Positions 21,027 through 31,250 of a stretch of 64,000 nucleotides of DNA are shown in pieces (within the stretch, counting starts at the first letter, position 1; every line of letters begins with the position of its first letter). The translations under genes and the position numbers were made by a program. The DNA is taken from the NCBI GenBank assembly GCA_027494165.1, contig JAOSJM010000008.1, forward strand, positions 10,217 to 74,216, given 5' to 3'. Below the pieces are notes generated by a model. That model did not search any database. It had not been told where the DNA came from and was given only the letters and a program-made list of their open reading frames with translations. This DNA comes from Acidimicrobiia bacterium (GTDB taxonomy: Bacteria; Actinomycetota; Acidimicrobiia; IMCC26256; JAOSJM01).

Positions 21027-22004
21027 GTGATCCGGGCCTGGCGCTACGCGGCGGGGCGGGAGGGACGCGACGGCGTCGCGCCCGGCGAGCTCGCCACCGG
21101 GCTCGGCGCGCCCGGCACCCTCCTGTGGGTCGACGTCCACGACCCGACGCCCGGGGAGATCGACCTCGTGACGTCCCGGCTCGGCATCCATCCGCTCGCC
21201 CAGGACGATCTGCGCAGCGGTAACCAGCGCACGAAGCTCGAGCGGTACCGGGAGCACTTCCACGTGGCCATCCACGAGTGTCGGCTCGAGCACGAGGCGC
21301 TCGTCACCCGGGAGATCGACGTCGTCTTCGGCGACGGCTGGCTGCTCTCGGTCCACCAGCCGTCGGACCTCGTGACGACCGTGGCCGAGGAGGTCACCCG
21401 GCGCTTCGAGCTGGTCCGCTCGGGCCCGGACCACACCGACGTGGGGTTCCTGCTCTGGGCCCTCCTCGACGTGGTCGTCGACGGGTACTTCGTCGTCACC
21501 GACACGGTCGACGAGCGGCTCGACGACGTCGAGGAGACCGTCTTCGCCGAGGATGCGACCGAGGAGATCCCGCGCTCCGTCTTCGACCTGCGTCGCGCCC
21601 TCATCGGCTTCCGGCGCGTGGTGTCACCGCTGCGGGAGGTCGTGGCCTCCCTGCTGCGCCGGGAGGCCGAGCAGGTGACCGAGCCCGCCCTCGTGCACCT
21701 CCAGGACGTCTACGACCACGTGCTGCGGGTCGGCGACCTGCTCGAGTCGCAGCGCGACGTCCTGACCGGGCTGCTCGAGGCCCACCTCGCCGTGGCCTCG
21801 AACCGCATGAACCGGGTGATGAAGGCCACGTCGTCGTGGGGCGCGATCATCCTCGGCTCGACCCTCATCGCGGGCATCTACGGCATGAACTTCCGCCACA
21901 TCCCCGAGCTCCACTGGTTCGCGGGGTACCCGATGGCCCTCGCGTCGATGGTGCTGCTGACCGTGGTCCTGTACCGCATGTTCCGCCGCCGGGGCTGGCT
22001 GTGA
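21027..22004 (+). CDS. corA: CorA magnesium/cobalt transporter
   Basis: 325 aa ending ..LIAGIYGMNFRHIPEL..YPMALASMVLLTVVLYRMFRRRGWL, with the GMN motif and two C-terminal TMs. Confidence 0.9.
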   Translation: MIRAWRYAAGREGRDGVAPGELATGLGAPGTLLWVDVHDPTPGEIDLVTSRLGIHPLAQDDLRSGNQRTKLERYREHFHVAIHECRLEHEALVTREIDVVFGDGWLLSVHQPSDLVTTVAEEVTRRFELVRSGPDHTDVGFLLWALLDVVVDGYFVVTDTVDERLDDVEETVFAEDATEEIPRSVFDLRRALIGFRRVVSPLREVVASLLRREAEQVTEPALVHLQDVYDHVLRVGDLLESQRDVLTGLLEAHLAVASNRMNRVMKATSSWGAIILGSTLIAGIYGMNFRHIPELHWFAGYPMALASMVLLTVVLYRMFRRRGWL

Positions 22005-22077
22005 GGGTGGGACCTCCGGCCCTGCCGCGCGGCCGGGCGACGCGCCACCCTGTGGGGACGACGACCCGGGAGGGACC

Positions 22078-23011
22078 ATGCTGGTGGTGATCGCCCTGGG
22101 CGGCAACGCGCTGATCCGGCGCGGCCAGCCGCTCGAGGCCGAGGTGCAGCGAGCGAACGTGAAGACGGCCGTGAAGGCCGTGGCCGCGGTGGCCCGGGAG
22201 CACGAGGTCGTGGTGACCCACGGGAACGGGCCCCAGGTCGGGCTCCTCGCCATGCAGACCGAGGCGCTGCGTGACGTGGGGGCCTACCCGCTCGACGTCC
22301 TCGACGCCGAGAGCGAGGGGATGATCGGGTACCTGGTCGAGCAGGAGCTCGCCAACGAGCTCCCCGACCGGGACGTCGCCACCCTGCTCACCCAGGTGCT
22401 GGTCGAACCCGACGACCCGGCGTTCTCGGCCCCCACGAAGCCGGTCGGGCCGGTGTACCCCGAGGCCCGGGCCCGGGAGCTGGCGGCGACCCGGGGCTGG
22501 ACGATCGCCCCCGACGGGGACGCCTGGCGTCGCGTCGTGCCGTCGCCGATCCCCCACGCCATCGTCGAGCTGCGGACCATCGAGCTCCTCGTCGACGCCG
22601 GCGTGGTCGTGGTGTGCGCCGGGGGTGGAGGCATCCCCGTCGTGCTCGACGAGCGGGGCGGGTTCCGGGGGTCGAGGCGGTCGTCGACAAGGACCGGGCG
22701 GCCGCGCTCCTCGCCGACCAGCTCGGCGCCGACGCCCTCCTGATGCTGACCGACGTGCCCGCGGTCTTCACCGGCTGGGGACGCCCGAGGCCGCACCGGT
22801 GCGGCGGGCCGGCCCCGGGGACCTCGGCGCGCTCGAGCTGGAGCCGGGCTCCATGGGCCCGAAGGTCGAGGCGGCGTGCTGGTTCGCGAGCTCCCCGGGC
22901 CGGTTCGCGGCGATCGGGGCCCTCCAGGACGCGGCCGCCCTGGTCCGCCAGGAGGCCGGCACCGTGGTGACCCACGACGCCGGTCCGATCACCTGGCACG
23001 AGACCGGCTGA
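22078..23011 (+). CDS. arcC: Carbamate kinase; two 1-nt deletions as sequenced
   Basis: MLVVIALGGNALIRRGQ..VVVTHGNGPQVGLL..VVCAGGGGIPVV, then GVEAVVDKDRAAALLADQLGADALLMLTDVPAVFTGWG in the 22614 frame. TPEAAPVRRAGPGDLGALELEPGSMGPKVEAACWF.. follows in the 22625 frame. Junctions are at G5 22667-22671 and G4 22777-22780. Confidence 0.8.
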
Positions 23012-23022
23012 CCGACCGGCCC

Positions 23023-23343
23023 GGATGCGGTCCCGGGAGCCCGGAACCGGTCCCGGGTGTCTCTGGCCCCGCCCAGCGACGGTGACGACACCCGGGACGC
23101 CCACCATGCGGTCCCCGGTGTCGTGAGCCCCGCCCAGCGACGGTAGCGACACCCGGGACGCCCACCATGCGGTCTCGGGTGTCTCTGGCCCCGCCCAGCG
23201 ACGGTAGCGACACCCGGGACGCCCACCATGCGGTCCCCGGTGTCGTGAGCCCCGCCCAGCGACGGTAGCGACACCCGAGACGCCCACCATGCGGTCCCCG
23301 GTGTCGTGAGCCCCGCCCAGCGACGGTATCGACACCCGAGACG
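23023..23343. repeat. Intergenic tandem array: 5 copies (plus a partial) of a 61-bp palindromic unit
   Basis: The core CGCCCAGCG recurs at 23070, 23131, 23192, 23253 and 23314, an exact 61-bp period. Each unit has GGTGTC..N8..CGCCCAGCG..N8..GACACCCGRGAC. The array lies between the convergent stops of arcC (23011) and the ATPase (23350). Confidence 0.85.
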
Positions 23344-23349
23344 GCGCGA

Positions 23350-25770
23350 TCAGGCGTCGGCGTCCACGTGCGCGAACTCGCCCTCGGGCTCCTCGGGCCC
23401 GAAGCTCGTCCAGCGCCGGTTCCTCGTCACCCGCCAGCCGAGCTCGAGCAGCGCGCACGCCGCGCCGGCCATGACGAACGCCTCGGTGAGCACGTCACCG
23501 GGCGGGAGGTCGAGGGCGTAGAAGTCCCTGAACGGCTCGACCGCCATCACCAGGACGAACATCCCCACCATCCCGGCCACGAGCATGGCCCGCCACCGCG
23601 TGAGCGGCCGGGCGAGGAGCACGAGCACCCACAACCCGACCGTCAGCAGCACGATGGTGGCCGTGGTGCGGGCCTGGTCGGTCGGCAGGTCCTGGCCCCG
23701 GGCGAGGGCGTAGCCGCCGAAGGTCGCGGCGGCCGCCAGGAGGCCGGCCGGGATCGTGAAGCGCATCACCCGCGGGACGAACCCCGGAACGTACCGGCGC
23801 AGGTTCGGCGCGAGGGCGAGGAAGAACGCCGGGATCCCGATCGTGAGGCTGCTCACGATCGTGAGGTGGCGGGGCAGGAAGGGGTACGGCCAGCGCAGCA
23901 CCCCCACGGTGATGGCCAGCAGCATGGCGTAGACCGTCTTGGTGACGAAGAGGTTCGCGACCCGCTCGATGTTGGCGATGACCCGGCGACCCTCGGCGAC
24001 GACGCCGGGCATGTGGGCGAAGCGGCCGTCGAGGAGCACGAGCTGGGCGACGGCCCTCGTGGCCGCCGCGCCCGAGCCCATGGCGACGCCGATGTCGGCG
24101 TCCTTGAGGGCCAGGGCATCGTTGACCCCGTCGCCGGTCATGGCGACCACGTGCCCGCGCGACTGGAGGGCCCCGACCATGGCCCGCTTCTGGTGGGGCG
24201 ACACCCGGCCGAACACGTTGTGGTGCTCGAGCACGTCGGCGAGCGCCTCGGCGTCCTCGGGGAGCTCGCGGGCGTCGAACCCGTCCCCCCTCACCTCCAG
24301 GCCCACCCGGCGGGCGACCGCGGCGACCGTGCGGGGGTTGTCCCCCGAGATCACCTTGAGGGTCACGCCCTGGCGCTCGAAGTAGCGCAGGGTCTCGGCC
24401 GCGTCGGCGCGCACCTTCTCCTCCAGCAGCACGAGCGCGGCCGGGACGAGGCCCGGGGGGAGCGCCTCGCCGTCGAGCGGGGCCTCGGTCCGGGCCAGCA
24501 GGAGGACCCGGCGTCCCGTGGCCGCCAGCTCGTCGGCCCGGGCCCGGACCGCGTCGGCCGGGTCGGCCGCGGCCAGCACCATCTCCGGCGCGCCGATCAC
24601 CCAGGTGCCCCGGCCCGGGAACGAGGCGGCGCTCCACTTCCGGGCCGAGGAGAAGGGGACGGCCGCCTCCCGGGTCCACCCGGCCGTCGCCGGGTACGCC
24701 TCCGCGATGGCCGCCATGGTCGCGTTGCGGTGCTCGTCGGCCGCCAGCGCGCGCAGGGCCTCGTCGACGGCGGCCATCTCGCCCAGGGGCTCCACCCGCT
24801 CGAACTCGACCACGCCCTCGGTGAGCGTGCCGGTCTTGTCGAGGCAGACGACGTCGACCCGGGCCAGGCCCTCCACCGCGGGCAGCTCCTGGACGAGCAC
24901 CCGGCGCCGGGCGAGGGTGACCGCGGCGACGCCGAACGCGATGCTCGTGAGCAGCACCAGGCCCTCGGGGACCATCGCCACCACCCCGGCGACGGTGCCG
25001 CTCATCGCCTCCCGCCAGCCGTCGTGGGCCCGGAACTGGCTGAGGAGCAGCAGGCCGGCCGTCGGGAACAGGGCGAGGGTCACGAACCGCAGGATCATGT
25101 CGATCCCGTCCCGCAGCTCCGAGCTCACCAGCGTGAAGCGCCGGGCCTCGATGGCCAGGCGCCGGGCGTAGGCGTCGGCACCGATCCGCGTCGCCTGGAA
25201 GCGACCGGAGCCGGCGACGACGAAGCTCCCCGAGAGGACCTCGTCGGACTCCGTCTTGGCCACCGGATCGGACTCGCCGGTGAGGAGCGACTCGTCGAGC
25301 TCGAGCCCTTCCGAGGCGCGCACGACGCCGTCGGCGGGCACCTGGTCGCCCATGGACAGGACCACCAGGTCGTCGAGGACCACCTCCTCGACCGCGACCT
25401 CCCGGGCGTCGCCGTCGCGGACCACGGTCGCCCGGGGCGCGCTCAGCACGGCGAGCCGGTCGAGGGTCCGCTTGGCCCGGTACTCCTGGACGATCCCGAT
25501 GAGCGCGTTGCTCACGAGCACGATCCCGAACAGGGCGTCCTGGATCGGCCCGACGACCAGGATGATCGCGAGCATCGTGCCGAGGATGGCGTTGAACCGC
25601 GTGAGGACGTTGGCCCGCAGGATCTCGCGGAACGTGCGGCTGGTGCGCTCGCCGCTGTCGTTGACGAGGCCGCGCTCGACCCGCTCGCGGACCTCGGCCG
25701 CGCTCAGGCCCTCGGGCCGGGTGAGGCGGCGCGGCTCGCCGGGCGCCTCCTGGGGCCTGGACACCACCAC
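23350..25770 (-). CDS. P-type cation-transporting ATPase (CtpE-like, HAD-IC family)
   Basis: ..GLSAAEVRERVERGLVNDSG..TGESDPV..VCLDKTGTLTEG..VISGDNPRTVAAVA..TGDGVNDALALKDADIGVAMG. The ORF opens at 25908, which would abut the divergent gene. A GTG cluster at 25762-25770 is the more likely start. Confidence 0.88.
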   Translation of the reverse strand: MVVSRPQEAPGEPRRLTRPEGLSAAEVRERVERGLVNDSGERTSRTFREILRANVLTRFNAILGTMLAIILVVGPIQDALFGIVLVSNALIGIVQEYRAKRTLDRLAVLSAPRATVVRDGDAREVAVEEVVLDDLVVLSMGDQVPADGVVRASEGLELDESLLTGESDPVAKTESDEVLSGSFVVAGSGRFQATRIGADAYARRLAIEARRFTLVSSELRDGIDMILRFVTLALFPTAGLLLLSQFRAHDGWREAMSGTVAGVVAMVPEGLVLLTSIAFGVAAVTLARRRVLVQELPAVEGLARVDVVCLDKTGTLTEGVVEFERVEPLGEMAAVDEALRALAADEHRNATMAAIAEAYPATAGWTREAAVPFSSARKWSAASFPGRGTWVIGAPEMVLAAADPADAVRARADELAATGRRVLLLARTEAPLDGEALPPGLVPAALVLLEEKVRADAAETLRYFERQGVTLKVISGDNPRTVAAVARRVGLEVRGDGFDARELPEDAEALADVLEHHNVFGRVSPHQKRAMVGALQSRGHVVAMTGDGVNDALALKDADIGVAMGSGAAATRAVAQLVLLDGRFAHMPGVVAEGRRVIANIERVANLFVTKTVYAMLLAITVGVLRWPYPFLPRHLTIVSSLTIGIPAFFLALAPNLRRYVPGFVPRVMRFTIPAGLLAAAATFGGYALARGQDLPTDQARTTATIVLLTVGLWVLVLLARPLTRWRAMLVAGMVGMFVLVMAVEPFRDFYALDLPPGDVLTEAFVMAGAACALLELGWRVTRNRRWTSFGPEEPEGEFAHVDADA

Positions 25771-25906
25771 GGGGCGAACGGTAGCCGAGGGTCCTGCGCC
25801 CTCCGGACCCGCCCCTCGCCGTCGCGCGAACCCCTCCCGGGATGCGTCGTAGGCTCGGGCCGTGGCGCGCCCGGAGCCCTCCGCGCCGGCCGGACCCGCG
25901 GTCCCC

Positions 25907-28620
25907 ATGGCCGGCTATCCCCTCGAGTGGGAGTCCGACGTCGTGCTCGCCGACGGGGGAACGGTCCGGGTCCGGCCGATCCGCCCCGACGACGACGACC
26001 GGCTCCTCCGCCTCTACGAGCAGGTGTCGGACGAGACCATCTACCTGCGCTTCTTCTCCCCGGTCTCCCGACCCACGGCGCGCCGCCTCGACCGCCTCAC
26101 CGAGGTCGACCACGTCGACCACGTCGTCCTCGTGGCCGAGCTCGGCGACGACCTCGTGGCGGTGGCGCGCTACGACCGGATGGCCCGCACCGACGACGCC
26201 GAGGTCGCCTTCACGGTGCGCGACGACCAGCAGGGGCGCGGCATCGGGACGATCATGCTCGAGCACCTCGCCGTCATCGCCCGCGAGCACGGGATCGGGA
26301 GGTTCGTGGCCACGACCCTCCCCAGAACCGCCGGATGCTCGACGTGTTCCGCGACGCCGGGTTCGAGGTCACGCGGTCGTTCGCCGAGGGCGTCGTCGAG
26401 GTGGCGTTCCCGATCGCGCCCACCCCGGCGTCGCTGGCGGCCCAGTGGGAGCGGGAGCACCGGGCCGAGGCCACCTCGACGGCCCGACTCCTCGCGCCGC
26501 GCTCGATCGCGGTCGTCGGCGCGAACCGGGAGCGCGGGACGATCGGCCACGAGATCCTCTGGAACCTGCTCTCGGGCGACTTCAACGGGCCCGTCTACCC
26601 GGTGAACCCCAACGCCGAGTTCGTGGCCAGCGTCCGCTGCTTCCCCACCGTCCTCGCCGTCCCGGGCGACGTCGACCTCGCGATCGTCGCCGTCCCCGCC
26701 CCGCTCGTGCGCGGGGTCGTGGAGCAGTGCGCCGAGAAGGGCGTGAAGGGGCTCGTGGTGATCACCGCGGGCTTCGCCGAGGTGGACCCCGACGGGGCCC
26801 GGGCCGAGCGGGAGCTCTGCGCCTACGCCCGCCAGCACGGGATGCGCATGATCGGGCCGAACTGCATGGGCGTCGTGAACACCGCCCCCGAGGTCCGCAT
26901 GAACGCCACCTTCGCCCCGTTCGTGCCGGCCCCCGGGCGGGTGGGGTTCTCCACCCAGTCCGGCGCGCTCGGCATCGAGCTGCTCGCCCGGGCCCGCGAC
27001 CTCGAGCTGGGCGTCTCGACGTTCGTGTCCGTCGGCAACAAGGCGGACGTGAGCGGGAACGACCTCCTCCAGCTCTGGGAGGACGACCCGAACACCGACG
27101 TGATCCTCCTCTACCTCGAGTCGTTCGGGAACCCCCGCAAGTTCTCCCGGCTGGCCCGTCGGGTGTCGCGGCGCAAGCCGATCGTGGCGGTGAAGAGCGG
27201 GCGCACCGGCGCCGGGACCCGCGCCGCCGCCTCCCACACGGCCGCGCTGGCGGGGCCCGACGTCGCCGTCGACGCCCTCTTCCGCCAGACCGGCGTGATC
27301 CGGGTCGACACCCTCGAGCAGCTCTTCGACACCGCCCAGGTGCTGGCGCACCAGCCCCTGCCCCCGGGGCGGAGGGTGGCCGTCGTCGGGAACGCCGGCG
27401 GGCCCGGGATCCTCGCCGCCGACGCGTGCGAGAGCGCGGGGCTCGCCGTGCCCGAGCTCCGCCCCGAGACCCAGGCGGAGCTGCGCAGCTTCGTGGCCCG
27501 TGACGCCAGCGTGCGCAACCCGGTGGACCTCGTCGCCTCGGCCACGGGCCCCGTCTACGAGCGGGCCCTGCGCACGGTCCTCGCCGACGAGGACGTCGAC
27601 GCGGTGCTCGTGAGCTACGTCCCCGCCCTGGCCCACGCGGGCGACGACGTGGTCCGCGCCATCGTCGCCGCCGCCGCCCACGCCGACGGCAAGCCCGTGG
27701 TGGCCTGCCTCCTGGCCCAGGGCGCCCTGCCCCGACCCCTGCGCAGCGACGACCCCGGAGCCCGCCCGATCCCCACGTTCGCCTTCCCGGAGGCGGCCGC
27801 CGGTGCCCTGGGCCGGGCCGCCGAGCACGCGGACTGGCGCCGCCGGCCCGAGGGGACCGTCCCGCAGCTCGACGGCATCGACGAGGCGGCGGCCCGCCGG
27901 ATCGTGGACGACCAGCTCGCCGGCCGGTCCGAAGGCCGCTGGCTCGACCAGGAGGTCGCCGTCGAGCTCTGCCGGTGCTTCGGCATCCCGGCGACGCCGC
28001 TGCGGCGCGTGGCCGACGCCGACGAGGCCGCCGAGGCCGCCGAGGCGCTCGGCGGGCCCGTCGCGCTCAAGGCCGGGGCGGCGGGCATCGTGCACAAGTC
28101 CGACGTCGGCGGCGTCCGGCTCGGGCTCACCGGGGCCGAGGAGGTGCGCCAGGCGTTCGTCGCCATGGCCGCCGCGCTCGGCGAGGACATGGGCGGGGCG
28201 CTGGTCCAGCCCATGGTGGAGCAGGGGATCGAGACCATCGTGGGCGTCACCCACGACCCGTCGTTCGGCCCGCTGGTCCTCTTCGGGATGGGCGGGACCG
28301 CGGCCGAGCTCCTGCGTGACACCGCGCTGCGGATCCTGCCCCTCAGAGACCTCGACGCCCACGAGCTCGTGCGCTCGCTGCGCTCCTCGCCCCTGCTGTT
28401 CGGCTACCGGGGCTCCCCCGCCACCGACGTGGCCGCCCTCGAGGACCTGCTCCTACGGGTCGGGCTGCTCGCCGACGCTCTCCCCGAGGTGGCGGAGATG
28501 GACGCCAACCCGGTGATCGCCTCGCCGTCGGGGGTCTCGGTCGTGGACCTGAAGGTCCGCCTCGCCCGACCCCGGACCGGGCAGCCCCTCGGCGGGCTCC
28601 GGCGCCTCCGCCGGTCCTGA
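25907..28620 (+). CDS. PatA-like protein acetyltransferase: N-terminal GNAT fused to an NDP-forming acyl-CoA synthetase (CoA-binding, ligase-CoA, ATP-grasp); 1-nt deletion as sequenced
   Basis: The GNAT part (VRVRPIRPDDDDRLLRLYEQVS..VRDDQQGRGIGTIMLEHLAVIAREHGIGRFVATTLP) is in the 25862 frame. QNRRMLDVFRDAGFEV..SIAVVGANRERGTIGHEILWNL..GPNCMGVVN..VSVGNKADVSGND.. continues to stop 28620 in the frame of the giant ORF 23368..28620. The junction is at the C4 run 26320-26323. Confidence 0.8.
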
Positions 28621-28626
28621 GCCGCG

Positions 28627-29868
28627 TCAGCCGTCCCGGGCGGCGCCCCCGGCCGGCACCAGCTCGACCTCGCCGGTGTCGTCGTCCTCGATCACCCGGT
28701 AGCCGCAGAGCTCGGCCAGGCGCTCGTGACCCTCGTCGGGTCCGCAGCCGATGAGCTCGTCGCCCCGCTCGAGTCGCACGTGCCCCCGCGGCCGGTACAG
28801 GTACCGGCCGGCCCGCCGGACCGCGAGCAGGTAGTGCCCGGTCTCCATCTCGAGGTCGAGCTCGGCCAGGGTCCGCCCGTCGGCCGCGGAGCCCGCCCCC
28901 ACCGGGACCCGGACGATCACCTCGTCGGACTCGCCGAGCGCCATGGCCAGGATCGGGTGGGTCTCCTCGCCCTGCTCGACGAGCCACACCATCTGCTGGG
29001 CGGCGTCGCCGATCTCCTCGGCGGCCTGCCCCAGGTGCAGGAGCCCCCGCAGCGAGGACGGATCCAGCGTCTCGGCGGCCGCTCGCAGCACCCAGACCTC
29101 GAGGCGCTCCTTCATCTCGTCGAGCCGGTCCTCGAGGTGCACGACCTCCGCGGCCAGGCCCTGGTCGTCGAAGAGCAGGGCCGAGTACGCGAGGCCGACG
29201 GCGACCTCCGAGACGTTCTTCATCTCGACGAGCACGTCGACCGCCCGGTCGAGGTCGGTGATGGCCGGCTCCTCCTCGACCTCCGGCGCGCGCCACTCCG
29301 GGGCCCCGGCCAGCGACCGCAGCTCCTGGATCCCGCCCGGCGCGCCCCGCAGGATGAGGACGTCGTTGGGGACCAGCACCTCGTCGCCGTCGGGGTCGAT
29401 CACCCACTCCTTGCCGCGGCGGATCGCCACGACGCGCATCCCCACCTCGATCGGCAGCTCCAGGTCCTCGAGGGCCCGGTGGGCCATGGCGGAATCTTCG
29501 CGGACCCGGACCCAGTGGGAGACCTCCTCGGCCGAGGCGAGGTCGGCGACGAGAGCGGCGGGGATGCCGAGGCGGTGGGTGACGATGCGGGAGATGTCGA
29601 CCGCGGCGTTGCCGATCCGCTCGATGACCGAGACGATCTGGAGCACGCCCGACATCTGCTCGGCCTCGCGCGGCGAGCGAGCCGCGAGCACGCACACCTC
29701 ACGCATCTCGTGGACGAGACGGCTCAGCCGCTCCTCCAGCTCGAGGACCTCCTCCGCCATGCCGGCGTCGGAGAAGAACAGGGCGGCGTAGCCCAGGTCG
29801 ACCATGAGCTCGGAGGTGTCCTTGGCCTCCGAGAGCATGGCCTTCAGATTTCGAGGTCGTTCTTCCAT
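28627..29868 (-). CDS. Cytoplasmic regulator with two PhoU-like plus TrkA-C (RCK-C) modules
   Basis: 413 aa in two halves, each a helical PhoU-like segment (LMVDLGYAALFFSD.. and VAVGLAYSALLFDD..). Each is followed by a TrkA-C-like beta domain (..LEDLELPIEVGMRVVAIRRGKEWVIDPDGDEVLVPNDVLILRG and ..RTLAELDLEMETGHYLLAVRR..RGDELIGCG). Confidence 0.8.
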   Translation of the reverse strand: MEERPRNLKAMLSEAKDTSELMVDLGYAALFFSDAGMAEEVLELEERLSRLVHEMREVCVLAARSPREAEQMSGVLQIVSVIERIGNAAVDISRIVTHRLGIPAALVADLASAEEVSHWVRVREDSAMAHRALEDLELPIEVGMRVVAIRRGKEWVIDPDGDEVLVPNDVLILRGAPGGIQELRSLAGAPEWRAPEVEEEPAITDLDRAVDVLVEMKNVSEVAVGLAYSALLFDDQGLAAEVVHLEDRLDEMKERLEVWVLRAAAETLDPSSLRGLLHLGQAAEEIGDAAQQMVWLVEQGEETHPILAMALGESDEVIVRVPVGAGSAADGRTLAELDLEMETGHYLLAVRRAGRYLYRPRGHVRLERGDELIGCGPDEGHERLAELCGYRVIEDDDTGEVELVPAGGAARDG

Positions 29869-29895
29869 CGGCGGTCAGTCCGGTCTCCCCGGGCG

Positions 29896-31131
29896 TCAGG
29901 CGAGCCCGAGGACCACGATGCACAGGATAAGCGCGAGCGAGCCCAGGAGATCGAGCGTCGAGGTCACCGCCGGGATGCCGTGGTTGTCGGGGTCCAGACC
30001 GAGCCGGTAGGTCACGACCGCCGTCGAGTAGGCCACGAGCATCGTGAGCGCGGTGGTGAAGCCCCCGGCGAGGAGGGCCAGCGCGACGACGTCGACCGTG
30101 CCGGGGCTGGCCAGGCCGACCACGGCGGCCACGATGTCGGCCGACACCCCCACGAGGAGGAACACCGGGACGGCGTAGGCGGCCACCAGGAGGACGTCCT
30201 CGGCCACCGGTCGGAGCGAGAAGCGGGCCGGGGTGACGAGGCCGAGGTGGAGCTTGGTCGACACGCGCGACGAGAGGATCCCGCCCAGGGACCCGGCCTG
30301 ACCGAGGAACGGCGGCACGAGCACGAGCAGGGCCGGGAAGGCCCGGAACGACTCGAGCCGCTTCTCGATCACGAGGCCGGCGATCACGTCGATCGTGCCC
30401 GCCAGGGCCAGGACGACGATCGACTCCGCCACGATCCGGCGCAGGACGGGGAGGTCGCTGCGGAGCCCGGCGACGAGCGCCGCGACACCGGCGGCGACGC
30501 AGAGGCCGGCGACCGTCGGGGTCACCCAGTCGACCTGCACGAGGTAGGTGGCGACGAAGAGGCTCGGGAGCGTGACGATGTCGCCGGTGGTGGTCACGAT
30601 CGGCGCGGCGACGTTGTCGAGGTCCCAGTCCCTCCGCACGCTGAGGTCGGCCACGGCCACGGTGATCAGCAGCACGAAGACCGACGAGAGGGCGCCACCG
30701 ACCACCGAGATCACCACGAAGTCGGCGACCGAGATCGTGTTCTCGAGGCCGAAGCCGACCGCCACCACCTTGGCGACGATGGCGAGGAGCAACGCGACGG
30801 CGAGCGAGAGCACGAGCGAGGCCGAGATGTTCTGGCCGACGAGCGTGTCCCGCCGCCACGACAGGCGGAAGGTACCGGTGCGGATGGAGGTCCCGAGCCG
30901 GCTGCCGAGCGCCCCGAAGATGTTGCCCCGCATGCCGATGGCCGCCGGGACGAGCACGAGGAGGCCGGGCAGCTCCTCGAGCGTCCCGGTGATGGATCCG
31001 AGGGCGAGCCCGCCGACGACGCTACCGACGGCCGAGACGGCGAGCGCGACGAAGCCCGCTCGGACGCCCGCTGCGTCCGACCGTACGAGCGCGCGGAACC
31101 GCGCGGCGACGGCGCGCCAGGTGCGAAGCAT
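29896..31131 (-). CDS. Divalent-cation (Mg2+) transporter with duplicated MgtE transmembrane domain (SLC41-like, no cytosolic MgtE N/CBS domains)
   Basis: 411 aa. PAAIGMRGNIFGALGSRLGT..DLDNVAAPIVTTTGDIVTL occurs in the first half and PPFLGQAGSLGGILSSRVST..DPDNHGIPAVTSTLDLLG in the second. Confidence 0.85.
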   Translation of the reverse strand: MLRTWRAVAARFRALVRSDAAGVRAGFVALAVSAVGSVVGGLALGSITGTLEELPGLLVLVPAAIGMRGNIFGALGSRLGTSIRTGTFRLSWRRDTLVGQNISASLVLSLAVALLLAIVAKVVAVGFGLENTISVADFVVISVVGGALSSVFVLLITVAVADLSVRRDWDLDNVAAPIVTTTGDIVTLPSLFVATYLVQVDWVTPTVAGLCVAAGVAALVAGLRSDLPVLRRIVAESIVVLALAGTIDVIAGLVIEKRLESFRAFPALLVLVPPFLGQAGSLGGILSSRVSTKLHLGLVTPARFSLRPVAEDVLLVAAYAVPVFLLVGVSADIVAAVVGLASPGTVDVVALALLAGGFTTALTMLVAYSTAVVTYRLGLDPDNHGIPAVTSTLDLLGSLALILCIVVLGLA

Positions 31132-31250
31132 GCGGACTCGGTGGTTCGCTCATCCCCGTCTCCGTCGGGAGGACGGCAGCAGGCTAACCCACTTCCGGGG
31201 CCCGACCGGACGATCCGGAGCCCCTGCGCCGGGCGGGGCAGACTCCGCCG

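Noticed and set aside
23023-23343. CRISPR array
   Set aside because: The whole 61-bp unit repeats, so there are no unique spacers between conserved repeats. No cas genes or leader are present. Copies of the same element occur singly and in pairs elsewhere in the window.
23368-28620. Giant 1750-aa plus-strand ORF, the longest in the track
   Set aside because: Its first ~2.9 kb translate to Arg/Gly/Pro/His-rich low-complexity sequence antisense to a clearly real P-type ATPase. Only the part after ~26.3 kb is real, as the C-terminal portion of the PatA-like gene. This is a shadow frame typical of very GC-rich DNA.
31132-31250. Mg2+ (M-box) riboswitch upstream of the MgtE-type transporter
   Set aside because: Only ~120 nt separate the divergent start codons, which is shorter than an M-box aptamer. 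I could not recognise its conserved helices or motifs by eye. A covariance-model search would be the proper test.
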